Of a stretch of 64,000 nucleotides of DNA, positions 26,216 through 36,268 are shown piece after piece. Location: NCBI GenBank assembly GCA_965655095.1, contig OZ296656.1:86056001-86120000 (forward strand), in the 5' to 3' direction. The translations under genes and the position numbers were made by a program. Position 1 is the first letter of the stretch. Every line of letters starts with the position of its first letter. This DNA is from Haplodiscus bocki. Taxonomy: Eukaryota. The notes under the pieces were generated by a model, which saw nothing but the letters and a program-made list of their open reading frames with translations, was not told the DNA's origin and ran no database searches.

Positions 26216-26276
26216 ATTGTTGTTGTTGTTGTTGGGCTTTACAGTAAACTGAGGGGAGTTTGATCCCGAGTTGAGT

Positions 26277-29126
26277 TTAGAAAATTGTCCACTTTTCCCT
26301 GCAGTTCTGGCAGTCGCACGCAATCAGCCAGGTGCAGGAGTTGAGCTCGTCGTAGGAAGCTTCCACGACCCTCCAAAATAGCTTGATCAGACGTCTTTTC
26401 AGTCCAACAGGTTCCTCGAAGTTTGCGTGTTGATTTACTCTGTTTGCCAGACGGGAAGTTCTGAACACGAGTTCGTTCCTCGCTTTTTCAGTTCTAGTTT
26501 TGGGAAGCTTAAAGATTTCTTTGCTTCTTGAGGGCGCAGTGTGACTCTGTAAAAGAGTCACAGTTGTGGGGTTGCTGGTACAAAAATTGGTACGAAAGTT
26601 TGACAAGGTAAGCGGGTTCAAAATTTCGATGTGCATAGGCAACGGCAGAATGTTCAGAAAGCGAAGTTGGTGTCCATATTTTGCTGTTCCGCATATCGAC
26701 TTAACGGCTCTTTTCTGGAGTTTTTCTAGAATGATCATTGACGCTTTTGACAGGTGAATGCACTGGATATCATAGAGAAGAATGGGTATGACTAGGGATT
26801 TATAGAGTCCCAGTTTGATTCGAGCACCTACAGATTGAGAGACATTTCTTCTTAGTAAGTAGAGAAAACCGTTTGCTTTCGCTACTCTTTTTGATATGTG
26901 CATGTTCCACGTGAGATCGCTGGTCAACGTAATGCCTAAATCTCTTACGTTGGCTTCGGTTTTCAGGGGTTCTCCGAAGAGTTTGAAAATTGTGTCCTTC
27001 CCTCGGAATGTCAGTTTAGCACATTTGTCTGTTGCTAGGGCCATTCGATTCTTATTTACCCATTTTTCAAGTGATTGAAGATTGGTTTGCACTTGGAGTT
27101 CTGTTAGGTTTACGGAAAGAAGTTTGAGGTCATCTGCAAAAAGGTATGAGTCGCTGAAATGAAAGCTAGGGCTTCTGGGAGGTCATTTATAAAAAATACA
27201 GAACAGATGTGGTCCCAAGAGGGACCCTTGGGGGACACCGCTAGTTACGTCCTTTGGCCGAGAGCTGACGTTGTCAACGCGCACAATTTGCTTTCGGTTG
27301 GAAAGATAATCATGGAGAAGTTCGAGCAAACAACCATTTACGCCTAGACTTGCTACTTTGCATAACAGAAGGTAATGGGATGCTTTGTCGAAAGCCTTAC
27401 TGAAATCTGTGTAAAAAACTACGACATCACTGAGTTGATCCTTATCGAGGGCTTTGTAGACAGCTTGGAGGAAAGCGAGCATCTTCGTTATTGTCGATTT
27501 CTGGCGAACAAAACCATGTTGGCGTGAGCTCAGGGAGGTAACAAAGTGCTCGTAGAGTGGCGAATACATGCATTTTTCTAGAATTTTGCTGTCAATATCT
27601 AGCAGTGATATTGGTCTATAGTTTTCCACGAGGAATTTTTCGCCTTTCTTATGAATGGGCGAAAGAACAGCGCGCTTCCAGCAATTGGGAATCTTTCGCA
27701 ATCTTTTTATGTTTTTGAGCAAGAGATGAAGAGCATGAATCATACCTTCACCAGAATTAACAAAGAAGGAAGGCGGATAGCCATTTGGGCCTCGCGTTTT
27801 GTTTACGTCAAGATAAGGGATAATGCTCAGTATTTTGGCTTTTGAAATGCTGAAATTTGTTAGGGAAACATTGCTCACTGGGATGTTGTTCAAGTTGTAG
27901 TCCACCTTTGGAGCGAAGACTGAATGGAAGTATTCGTTGAACATTTCCGCTTTTCTGAAGGCACTTTGAGTACTTTCATTTCTGAATTGCATTGATAACG
28001 GAAGACTGGCTGTCTTTTTGAGACACTTTAAATGCTTGAAAATTCTACCAGTGTCGCGCGTGTTGAACAGTTTCTCCTGGTAATGAACTCTGTCTTCTTC
28101 ACATGACTTGGAAACTAGGTTCTCTAGTTTGACTATTTTGTTCCGCCTGTAGCTGGTAGGTTTAGCTGCTAGTAACCTTTTCTGGGTTCGCATTTTCTTC
28201 AACAGATGAGAAGATTCGGAGGTTATCCAAGGGGGCAAATTCTGGCGATGTCTCGTCCGGATTGGGACGAACATGTCAATGTCTCGATCAAAATGTTGGT
28301 ATAGTTCAGGGCACGTGTTGTCGATGTTGGAAAAACAAGTGGGGGAAATGGGTTCCGGCCGAGGTGGTCACGCAGGATGCTGAAGTCGGCTGACCCGAAG
28401 CTTCTGAAGTTTTCTATGAAGATCTTTTCAAAACAAGTCAGTCTCACAATTGTCAGTCTGATGGCAAGGTGATCTGAGCAGTTGTAAATCTCATTGAAGT
28501 TCTCGTCTACCGCAACTGTTACGGTGCCGTTGGAGAAAAAGGCAACATCAAAAGTTCGCGAGCCACAGCTGGGAAAATTGATCGATTGGTCATACCTTAG
28601 GTCATCGAGTAAGTCAATCACAGCTTGTTCGAATGAGTCAGTGCTGGTTCGAGTTTCCCAGTTTGTGTCGGGGAAATTGATGTTTACCACAGATTATGAC
28701 TCGTTTCCCTTTTGGGGTTCCCCTGATCAGATTTACGAAATCGTCTATGGAGTATCTGTATGGGCTACCATGTGGGGGCGAGTAGAAGACCCTTATCACA
28801 ATGTCTTCTCCTGAAATCCTTATTGTGCATTGAAGGCAACATTCGCGGAGATTGGGAAAAGTGACTTCAGAATAGTAAGTGTTCCTGATGGAGTTGAGCA
28901 CACCACCATGAGGAGAGGGTTTGCCGGATGTAGAGGGTCTGTCTGCCCGATAGATGGTGAAGTCACTCATGAGGAGCTCCGCCGAGTTAATGTCTGAAGT
29001 GAGCCAGCTTTCAGTGATACAGATTATGTTACACTTTTGAACAAGAATGGCGTTTCTGAGTTTGAGTCTACGTTCGTTGTTTAGGAGACTTCGAGCGTTT
29101 AAGAGTAGTACACTTACATTGTCTAG
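26277..29126 (-). pseudogene. LINE-C ORF2: APE endonuclease + reverse transcriptase (frameshifted)
   Basis: LLNARSL, ICITESW, HGGV, SDH, LPPWI, RT motifs, C-terminal CDCQNC. Confidence 0.93.
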
Positions 29127-30037
29127 TCAAAATGAACTTTGCTCCTTGGGGGAGAGCTCGGTTGCATCCATCGCTACCTTTTTACCATCATTGAATAATT
29201 CAAAGTTGCGAATTCTTAGTTTCTCACGAGGAACGCCTTCATCGAGAAGTTCTCTTCTCTTTTTCAGCACTTGATTCTCTTTGAGGACGTCAGCCTTTGA
29301 TAATGCAGGAAGGAAGTAGATGGAGTCCTCCGTTAAGACTTCGCGGTTTTCCGCTCTCTTCGCCATGATTAGCTTCTTATCGTACTCATTCCGGACCGTG
29401 ACAAGAAGGGTCCTTGGTTTGATTCTTGTTTTGTCAAATTTTCCAAGTCGTTTCATTGAAGTGATTTCGGTATTGACATTGAAGGATTGTAGGATATTTT
29501 TGACTTTTTCGGTGGTTGGGACAAGATTCTCATCGACAGTTTTCTCGGGATCTCCAGCGATCCCTTGTATTCTGAAGCTTGCTGAGATGTTGAGATCTTC
29601 AGATTTCACTTTTGTTTTGGAATTTGAGGAAGTTACAACGGAGGCAGCTTTCTTGAGCGTTCTGGCTGTCACTGTAGCATAGTTTTGTTCAATTTTGTCA
29701 CATGACTTCGAAATTAGATTTGCAAGTTTCGAGTCGACAAGTTCGGAGAACTTGTTTTCCAGATTGGAGAGTTTTCATCGATTTTCAAGTCTTAGATTAC
29801 GGACTCGACCTTCGTTTGTGCTCTGCATCTGATGAACACGTCTCGTTCTCGATTGTCAAGACAAGTGTTGCACATGTGCATGCAATTGTTACCGAGTTCC
29901 TTGATTCTGTTGATGGCAACGTTTGAGAGAGCTGTGCATTCGGTGGTAAGATGCAAGTGCTGGTTGCAGCCCACGCAACAATAGGTTTTTTCCGAGGCAG
30001 CAATGTTGTTTTTACACGTCTTGCATTTTCTCACCAT
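29127..30037 (-). pseudogene. LINE-C ORF1: PHD-type Zn finger, coiled coil and RNA-binding-like C-terminus (disrupted)
   Basis: CKTC...CVGC..HLH...C...CNTC; FRIQGI.E, RLGKF...PRTLLV motifs typical of LINE ORF1. Confidence 0.8.
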
Positions 30038-30133
30038 GATTGCAGTTTCTTTTACCTTAGCCCGGGAAATTAATCCTAGACACCAGTAAAAGAAGGCTGG
30101 GAGAAACATGGAGGGAAACTATTTACCTTAGCC

Positions 30134-30705
30134 TCACTTGAGTCCTTTGTCTCTTCTGATTTTGGAGATGCGCTGTCTCTTGCTTTTGATCAGACGGATA
30201 TCACCACCGTAACTTCTCAGGAACGTAAGGGATTTTATTTCAAGTCTGTAGTCTTGATGGATTTCCTGGTATTTCGCGAGTAGCTTCTGGTCTTTCTGCT
30301 TCCGCTTCGAAAGGAGATCTTTCAGAAGATTGAGGACTGGGATACCGGTTACTGCCAGGTAGCTGGAGATATTTTCGGTACCCCACTGCTGACAGTAGAC
30401 GATGCCGCTCAGACCTTTAAGGTTTTAGAGTTCTGATACCAGTTCTTCAGGGGACAGGGGGGACGTGGGTCGACTGGGTGCTTCCCGATGGAGTTATTTA
30501 AGGCGTCGTGCCACAAAATAAAACCTTCGTCTGCTGAGACTTCGTTTTGGATTACCTGGACGAGTTTGTGCTGGGCTCTGCTCTGTCGATTTAAATGCAG
30601 TCCAGGGATTGCAATAATGTTCGAATCGAATAGATGTCGTCGTTTACACCGTTTCCAGGCTTCGATCGCGTGATGAAAACTGCTTGCTCCGAGAATATAA
30701 ACCAT
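30134..30705 (-). pseudogene. LINE-C ORF0, SGNH/esterase-like with basic tail (one frameshift near 30455, one internal stop)
   Basis: MVYILGASS...IPGL...ILWHDALNNSIGKH...IVYC...LLSKRK...EIHQ; colinear with ORF0 of LINE-B. Confidence 0.7.
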
Positions 30706-30751
30706 TAAGAGGCCACAACTGCCTCTGACATGCAATAAACTGAAAAACTAT

Positions 30752-30922
30752 TGAATATCCTTTCCTGTCAGTAGATTTTGTAACACCTCCAATGGGTTTT
30801 CAGCGTTCCAGTTGAAGCTGAGCCCTCCAAGGCTGTAACTTCTGCCAAATAATTCTCTCGAATTTGTAGGGTACCCTTCCGATTGTAGCGTTCAGCGAAC
30901 TTGCTCCAATTATATAAACCAT
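30752..30922 (-). pseudogene. LINE-B ORF0, N-terminal part
   Basis: MVYIIGASSLNATIG...GLSFNWNAENPLEVLQNLL with frameshifts; matches MVYILGASS of LINE-C. Confidence 0.7.
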
Positions 30923-30998
30923 AAATGCCGGCCTCTAAAATCCCTTTCACGTAAGGGCTCTCCAGTATCCGGTCTTTTCAAGCAAGCACTGAAACTAT

Positions 30999-31310
30999 TT
31001 AATAAGTTAAGTACTTATACTTTTCAACATATTGCCTGAAGTATAACATTTGCTCTTTTAGTTCTTTCAAATCGTTTTTCATTTGGTGCTCTTCTTCAGT
31101 TTGTTGAGTGAATTTCTGCTTTTTGTTTTTGTCGGCGCAGTCATTGCAAATGAAAAGCAGATTGGCCTCTACTTTGACAAGGACATCAACGCTTGTTTTA
31201 TCCAACCCAGGGCATTCGCGAGTCATAAGCATTGTTTTACAGCAACTAATACATTCGACTTTGTAGAATTGCTTTTCAGCAGTGGTAAGGTTTCTTTGAA
31301 GTTGGGTAAA
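30999..31310 (-). mobile_element. PHD-finger ORF1 fragment of an older related LINE
   Basis: VECISCCKTMLMTRECPGL...LLFICNDC aligns with LINE-C YCCVGCNQHLHLTTECTAL...MCNTC. Confidence 0.65.
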
Positions 31311-31510
31311 AACGAAAGTTTGACAAAAAAAAGATCAATTAGTCGATACCGTTTCTCGCTGTCTCAATTGACTTCAAAGCGTAGCTTTGCCTTTGTCTTT
31401 CCTCCTCGACTTGTGCGGCCCAAATTTTTAGAAAGGACTTGTGAATAGCTGCAGTCAATAGTTCAAGTTTCACAAGATTGTCAAAAACTCGTGTGTTTCA
31501 GATTTATGTA

Positions 31511-32179
31511 ATGGGTTTGTCTACCTTTTATCTGGTGAGTTATAATATAGCCCAAGCAGTTGGTTGGGGTTATAATCTTTTCTTGTTCGCACCTGGATTA
31601 GCCAAAGGTGGCCCTAATGTATACAACCTTTATACAAGTGATGTGGATAAGGTTCTGAAGGTGTTTCAAACGTTAGCGTTTCTCGAGGTCCTTCACGCAG
31701 CTTTTGGGGTTGTGAAATCAAACACTGTTCAAACCTTAGCTCAGGTTTTCTCGCGTGTCTACATATTGTGGTTGATTATTGATAAAGTTCCAGCTAGTAA
31801 ATCCAGTCCTGGAATCCCTCTACTGTTGGTAGCTTGGACTCTAACCGAGATTGTGCGCTACTCTTTCTACGCTTTACAAATTTTATCTTCTCCAGTGTAC
31901 GTGGTCACATGGCTCAGATATACCCTCTTCATAGTTTTATACCCTATAGGTGTTCTGGGTGAAATGTGGACAGTGTACTCTGCTCAACCTGTGATTTTGG
32001 AAAAGGCCATTTTATCGGTGGCGATGCCCAACATAGTGAACATGAGTTTTTCGTTTTATCATATGACGTGGTTGCAACAAATTTTGTGGCCTCTAGGATT
32101 GTATCAGCTGTACACTTACATGTTTAGGCAAAGATCTAAAGTGCTTGGAGGTCAAAAAACCCGGCCGAAAACATCGTAA
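31511..32179 (+). CDS. HACD1/2: Very-long-chain (3R)-3-hydroxyacyl-CoA dehydratase (PTPLA/PHS1 family), single-exon CDS, 222 aa
   Basis: YLVSYN, FQTLAFLEVLH, QVFSR, AWTLTEIVRYSFY, WLRYTLFIVLYPIGVLGE (catalytic Y/E), YMFRQRSKVL; AATAAA at 32350. Confidence 0.95.
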   Translation: MGLSTFYLVSYNIAQAVGWGYNLFLFAPGLAKGGPNVYNLYTSDVDKVLKVFQTLAFLEVLHAAFGVVKSNTVQTLAQVFSRVYILWLIIDKVPASKSSPGIPLLLVAWTLTEIVRYSFYALQILSSPVYVVTWLRYTLFIVLYPIGVLGEMWTVYSAQPVILEKAILSVAMPNIVNMSFSFYHMTWLQQILWPLGLYQLYTYMFRQRSKVLGGQKTRPKTS

Positions 32180-33639
32180 CTGAAAATGTACGACTGCGGA
32201 AAAGTTATTTGACTGATTGCGATGATAAAAAACAGTAGTATCTGCTGCACAAAACTTCGATGATTATTTCGGTGTTGTGTCTTTTGACAGATTTATTATA
32301 TTTTGCAAAGCCTTTTCTTTATGTTGATTGGATTGTGAAAAATTGAACTAATAAACTTGGGAAACCGCTCTGAGATTAATCGGAAGCTCAAACAAGACAG
32401 ACGGCTTGGACAGGCATATCTGTCGCCCGATATATATGGAGTCTATAAATGATTAAATGAGAAATTACCCAGATTTTAATAGTTACATGGTTACTAGTCT
32501 CCGATGTTGAAGACTGTCTATTCAGGTTTTTTACTAGTAGAATTGAAAAAACTTGTCTGAAAAAAACTTCCATATCCATCGAATAAATTTTCTTCCATAT
32601 TTTAAAATGTGAGGGCGAAAAGTGATAAAATTTTGGTGTTGTTAATTAATTAAAGTTAATCTTGGTTCGTTTGGGAAAATTGATGGGGCTAATTTGTGAG
32701 TTTTTAAGCCTTGTAAACATCTGTTATTCAAAACATTTCAATCTTCATTTGAGAATGCCTTCATCGGTGAAAGATCTGTGGAATCACTTTAATAAAAAGT
32801 ATCATAAATATCGAAATGGAATGAATGTTATTCTTGTAATGTCATCTTGATTACTTTTGGATTCTCGATTTGGACGCTTTTGCTGTTGCAAATGCTCCGA
32901 TGCAAAGCTAACAGGAATGATAACTTTGAACAAAATATTTCTTGATGATTTAGACTGCCAATGTAGTTTCCTTGGGCTGTTTGTATATAAAATATTGACA
33001 GAGTAAACCGATTAATCTCAACTGGATTATAAACATATAACTGGGCCTAAACGGTGGTTGTTGCAGCTTTTGAAGTACTGTCGAGTATGTATTAAACCGA
33101 TGTCGTGTATGAAAATACTTACTGATAGTTTACCAGATAATTAATTTTTCTAGCTCGCGATTACATTACTAATGCTATCAGCTTGAAAAAACTATCCTTA
33201 ACGAGAGCTTATTGTGGGTGCTTCCGAATGGAAACAGGAAAATTAGCTTTATGTTGCTTTTAGCATTAGTTCCTTAGGTTCGGGGAACGATTATCCAACT
33301 TCTGTTGGGGCTAATTTTGTTGGAAGCTCACCTTTGAAGAGTACTTTATTTTCAAAAACTTTTTGAAAGAAGTCTTCGATAACAGCAGTTAAAACTCCTA
33401 CTTTGTGAAAAATCTTTCTAACATATCCAACATGGATGTTGAAATCAGTAGCTACAAAAAGCGATTTTAAACGTTAAACGGTCAGAACCTAGAATAATGA
33501 GTTGGAAGAGAGGTCTTATTATTTTCCGTCGTAATGTATGTTACGAAAGAAAAATCATTCCGTTAGTACATAGACTTTTTTCTCCGGTGATTTACCAATT
33601 CTGGCTGCGTCAACTGCGAAACTTTTGAAGTTTTTGTTC

Positions 33640-34010
33640 CCAAAATGTTCCTCTGGACACATAGAATGCAGTTTTGACAACATCAGTCAAAATTTTTCTC
33701 AAGGAGCGAAAAAGTTACGAAATTAATAATTTTTACCCCAAAATGTTCTTCTGGACACGTATAAATCAGTTTTGAGAACACCAGTCAAAAAAATTTTCTT
33801 TCAAAATCCGATTTTTTTTCGAAAGTCTTCAAAAAAGTTTTCTGGCTGAAAATGTCCATCTTGACGCGCAGAAATCATCTTTATGAACACCAGCCAAACT
33901 GCCGATTTTTTCGCTCAATGCTGGAATAAAATCCTAATTTTAGAGATTTTTCCCAAAAAAACTCGATGAAATTGTTGCTCGGAAAATCAGTTTTGAGAAT
34001 ACCAGTTTTT
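33640..34010 (+). repeat. ~105-bp degenerate tandem repeat (4 units) upstream of ATP6V1A
   Basis: AAAATGTTC.TCTGGACAC...CAGTTTTGA.AACA at ~33641, 33739, 33849, 33968. Confidence 0.75.
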
Positions 34011-34268
34011 GTCTAAAATTGTACTTACTGAGCTAAAAGCGAGCCTCGTCGCATCCTACCTGTGTTTTTCTTGAAGTTTTCACCCATTTCATTTTTGAGC
34101 CGTTTCTGACCCATTGTCGACGAAAAATATCGCAGCGCTGCTGCGCCTCTTGTGTTCCATTAAATACGGTATCGGTTCAGACAGTCAAGTTTTTATAACT
34201 GTAATCCTGACTTTCTTCAGATACTTGATTTGATTTATTTACACTCTCAAATTATTTATTTAATCAAC

Positions 34269-34448
34269 ATGGTGCAACAAGACGGGTGGACGGTGGAGAG
34301 CCAGTTCGGCTCCATCTTCTCTATTTCGGGGCCTGTCGTCATTGCGCAAGAGATGAGTGGGGCTGCTATGTACGAGCTGGTCAGAGTTGGACACATGAAA
34401 TTAGTTGGCGAGATCATCCGATTAGAAGCAGACACTGCCACTATTCAG
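34269..34448 (+). CDS. ATP6V1A: V-type proton ATPase catalytic subunit A, exon 1
   Basis: MVQQ...[23 protein letters not shown]...[14 protein letters not shown]; 180 nt; GTTAGT donor. Confidence 0.93.
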
Positions 34449-34805
34449 GTTAGTACTCAAGGTTGCTGGTAATTTTCGAGTCTAGATTTTATTTTACTTT
34501 TTGAAGTCTTTAACTGTTGTTGTCGGATGGAAATTCATGTAAAAAGCGGCAACCAGGTGCTGTTACTTAATGTTTATTCATTTATACTGAACATTTTCAT
34601 GAAACTATAACCAAAGTATATAGCCAAAATTTTTCGAGTATTGTCTTCTCGAGTCGTTTCGCTGAAAATTGGTAGTTTATTCCTGAATGCCCTTTGCAAT
34701 ATATCCCGCCGCAATTTACAAACTCAGAATTTATCTCTCGCATTTTAAGTTAACCTTTTCTCAATTCAAATGTCAAATTTAATCTTCAAATAGCCAGTTT
34801 TTTAG

Positions 34806-35033
34806 GTATATGAAGAGACTTCAGGTTTGACAGTAGGAGATCCCGTGCAGAGAACAGGCAAGCCCCTGTCAGTAGAATTGGGTCCTGGAATTCTGGGTTC
34901 TATCTTCGACGGGATCCAACGTCCCCTGGAAGTGATTGCCAACATCACCAACGACATTTACATTCCCAGAGGAATCAACATTCCATCCCTTGACCGAAAA
35001 GCTCTTTGGGAATTTAGCCCCTGCGACTTTCAG
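34806..35033 (+). CDS. ATP6V1A: V-ATPase A exon 2
   Basis: [41 protein letters not shown]; 228 nt; AG acceptor, GTGAGT donor. Confidence 0.96.
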
Positions 35034-35293
35034 GTGAGTGGGTAAAATCCTTTCTTTTTATATAAGATGAAATACTTCTGTTTGAACCAAGTTATTGCTC
35101 AATTTGAAAACCACTAGTTGACGAGTTGATAATTTTGCAGGAAATTCATCTTTGAAGACTTTTTAAATTAGAATTTTCTATTTTGAGCTTATAATCTTTC
35201 AAATATATCTAGCATAAATGTATAACTTTTGGTCTCTCAATGTTCTGTGTAACCGTTGTGTGTTTTATTCACTTTCAATCAGACTTTTTATAG

Positions 35294-35615
35294 GTCGGTA
35301 GTCACATTAGCGGAGGCGACGTCTATGGTCTTGTCCCCGAAAGCTCTTTAGTAGAGAACAAAATCATGTTACCCCCTAATGCGAGAGGCACGGTGACGTA
35401 CATTGCACCACCAGGGCAGTACTCATTAGAAGACAAAGTTCTGGAAGTCGAGTTTTGTGGGGAGAAGTCCTCGTACAACATGCACCAAGTGTGGCCCGTC
35501 AGACAAATCAGACCCTATGTGGAAAAACTGTCGGCTGATTATCCTCTTCTGACAGGGCAGAGAGTGTTGGACGCGTTGTTTCCTTGTGTCCAGGGAGGCA
35601 CCACTGCTATCCCAG
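35294..35615 (+). CDS. ATP6V1A: V-ATPase A exon 3
   Basis: [12 protein letters not shown]...WPVRQIRP...[24 protein letters not shown]; 322 nt, phase 1. Confidence 0.96.
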
Positions 35616-36137
35616 GTAAAGAAATTTGACATGTTAAATGCGTCTTTCAAACTGAATCAGCACAAGAAGTGAGTTGAGCAGTTCACGATAAAAATTAATC
35701 TACATGCACTTCAATAATGCCCATCTTCGTTTTTGCGTTCACTCACTAATTGTGGAAATAACACACGCTTCTGAATTTTATTTCTGATCCGTTCACAACT
35801 CGCTCAAGTTCCTAGATTTTCAGCAAAGAGAGAAGGGAGTATCCTAGGTTCGAACCTTTGACTGTTCGCGCCGCATTCACATGCTGTACTGACTGTCATT
35901 GTCGCGTAAGAATCAATGTTTATATTTAAAATAGCAAGCGAATGAAATATTATGGCGTTAATTACTTGTATATAAATGTACAAGGACTAACTGACTATTT
36001 ATACACTTGTTATCAGTAGTATTGTAGTCCCTTCCAAAATCAGTTATATTTAGTCGATTTGTTCACTAATATTCCGTTGGAGCGAGTGTTGCGAAGCACA
36101 GCTTCGCCTCTGTTTTCAATTGTATGTGTGCGTGTAG

Positions 36138-36268
36138 GAGCTTTTGGTTGTGGCAAGACAGTCATCTCTCAGGCCCTGTCCAAGTACTCAAACAGTGACG
36201 TCATCGTGTATGTCGGATGCGGAGAGAGAGGAAACGAGATGGCGGAAGTACTCAAAGACTTCCCCACT
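36138..36268 (+). CDS. ATP6V1A: V-ATPase A exon 4 (Walker A)
   Basis: GAFGCGKT P-loop, [19 protein letters not shown]; 131 nt. Confidence 0.96.

Larger units (their letters stand above)
26216..30745 (-). mobile_element. Full-length CR1/L2-group LINE (LINE-C, ~4.5 kb) with three ORFs; carries frameshifts and stops
   Basis: 6-bp TSD AACTAT at 26210-26215 and 30746-30751; 5' end TTTCAGTT; (CAA)n tail; ORF0 30705-30134, PHD ORF1 30037-29127, APE-RT ORF2 29126-26277 (YRPISLL, DFSKAFD, GVPQGSLLGP, LFADD). Confidence 0.92.
21612..30994 (-). mobile_element. CR1/L2-group LINE (LINE-B, ~4.85 kb net), interrupted by LINE-C
   Basis: 5' end TTTCAGT at ~30994; ORF0 split between 30922-30752 and 26215-25748; PHD ORF1 ~25560-24554 in frame with APE (YNVRSL, LTETW); RT (GVPQGSVLG, LFADD); C-terminal CLCVNC; (TAA)n-like tail at 21612. 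Confidence 0.88.

Noticed and set aside
36138-36268. VMA1-type intein in V-ATPase A
   Set aside because: [10 protein letters not shown] is uninterrupted and the total length (616 aa) is normal.
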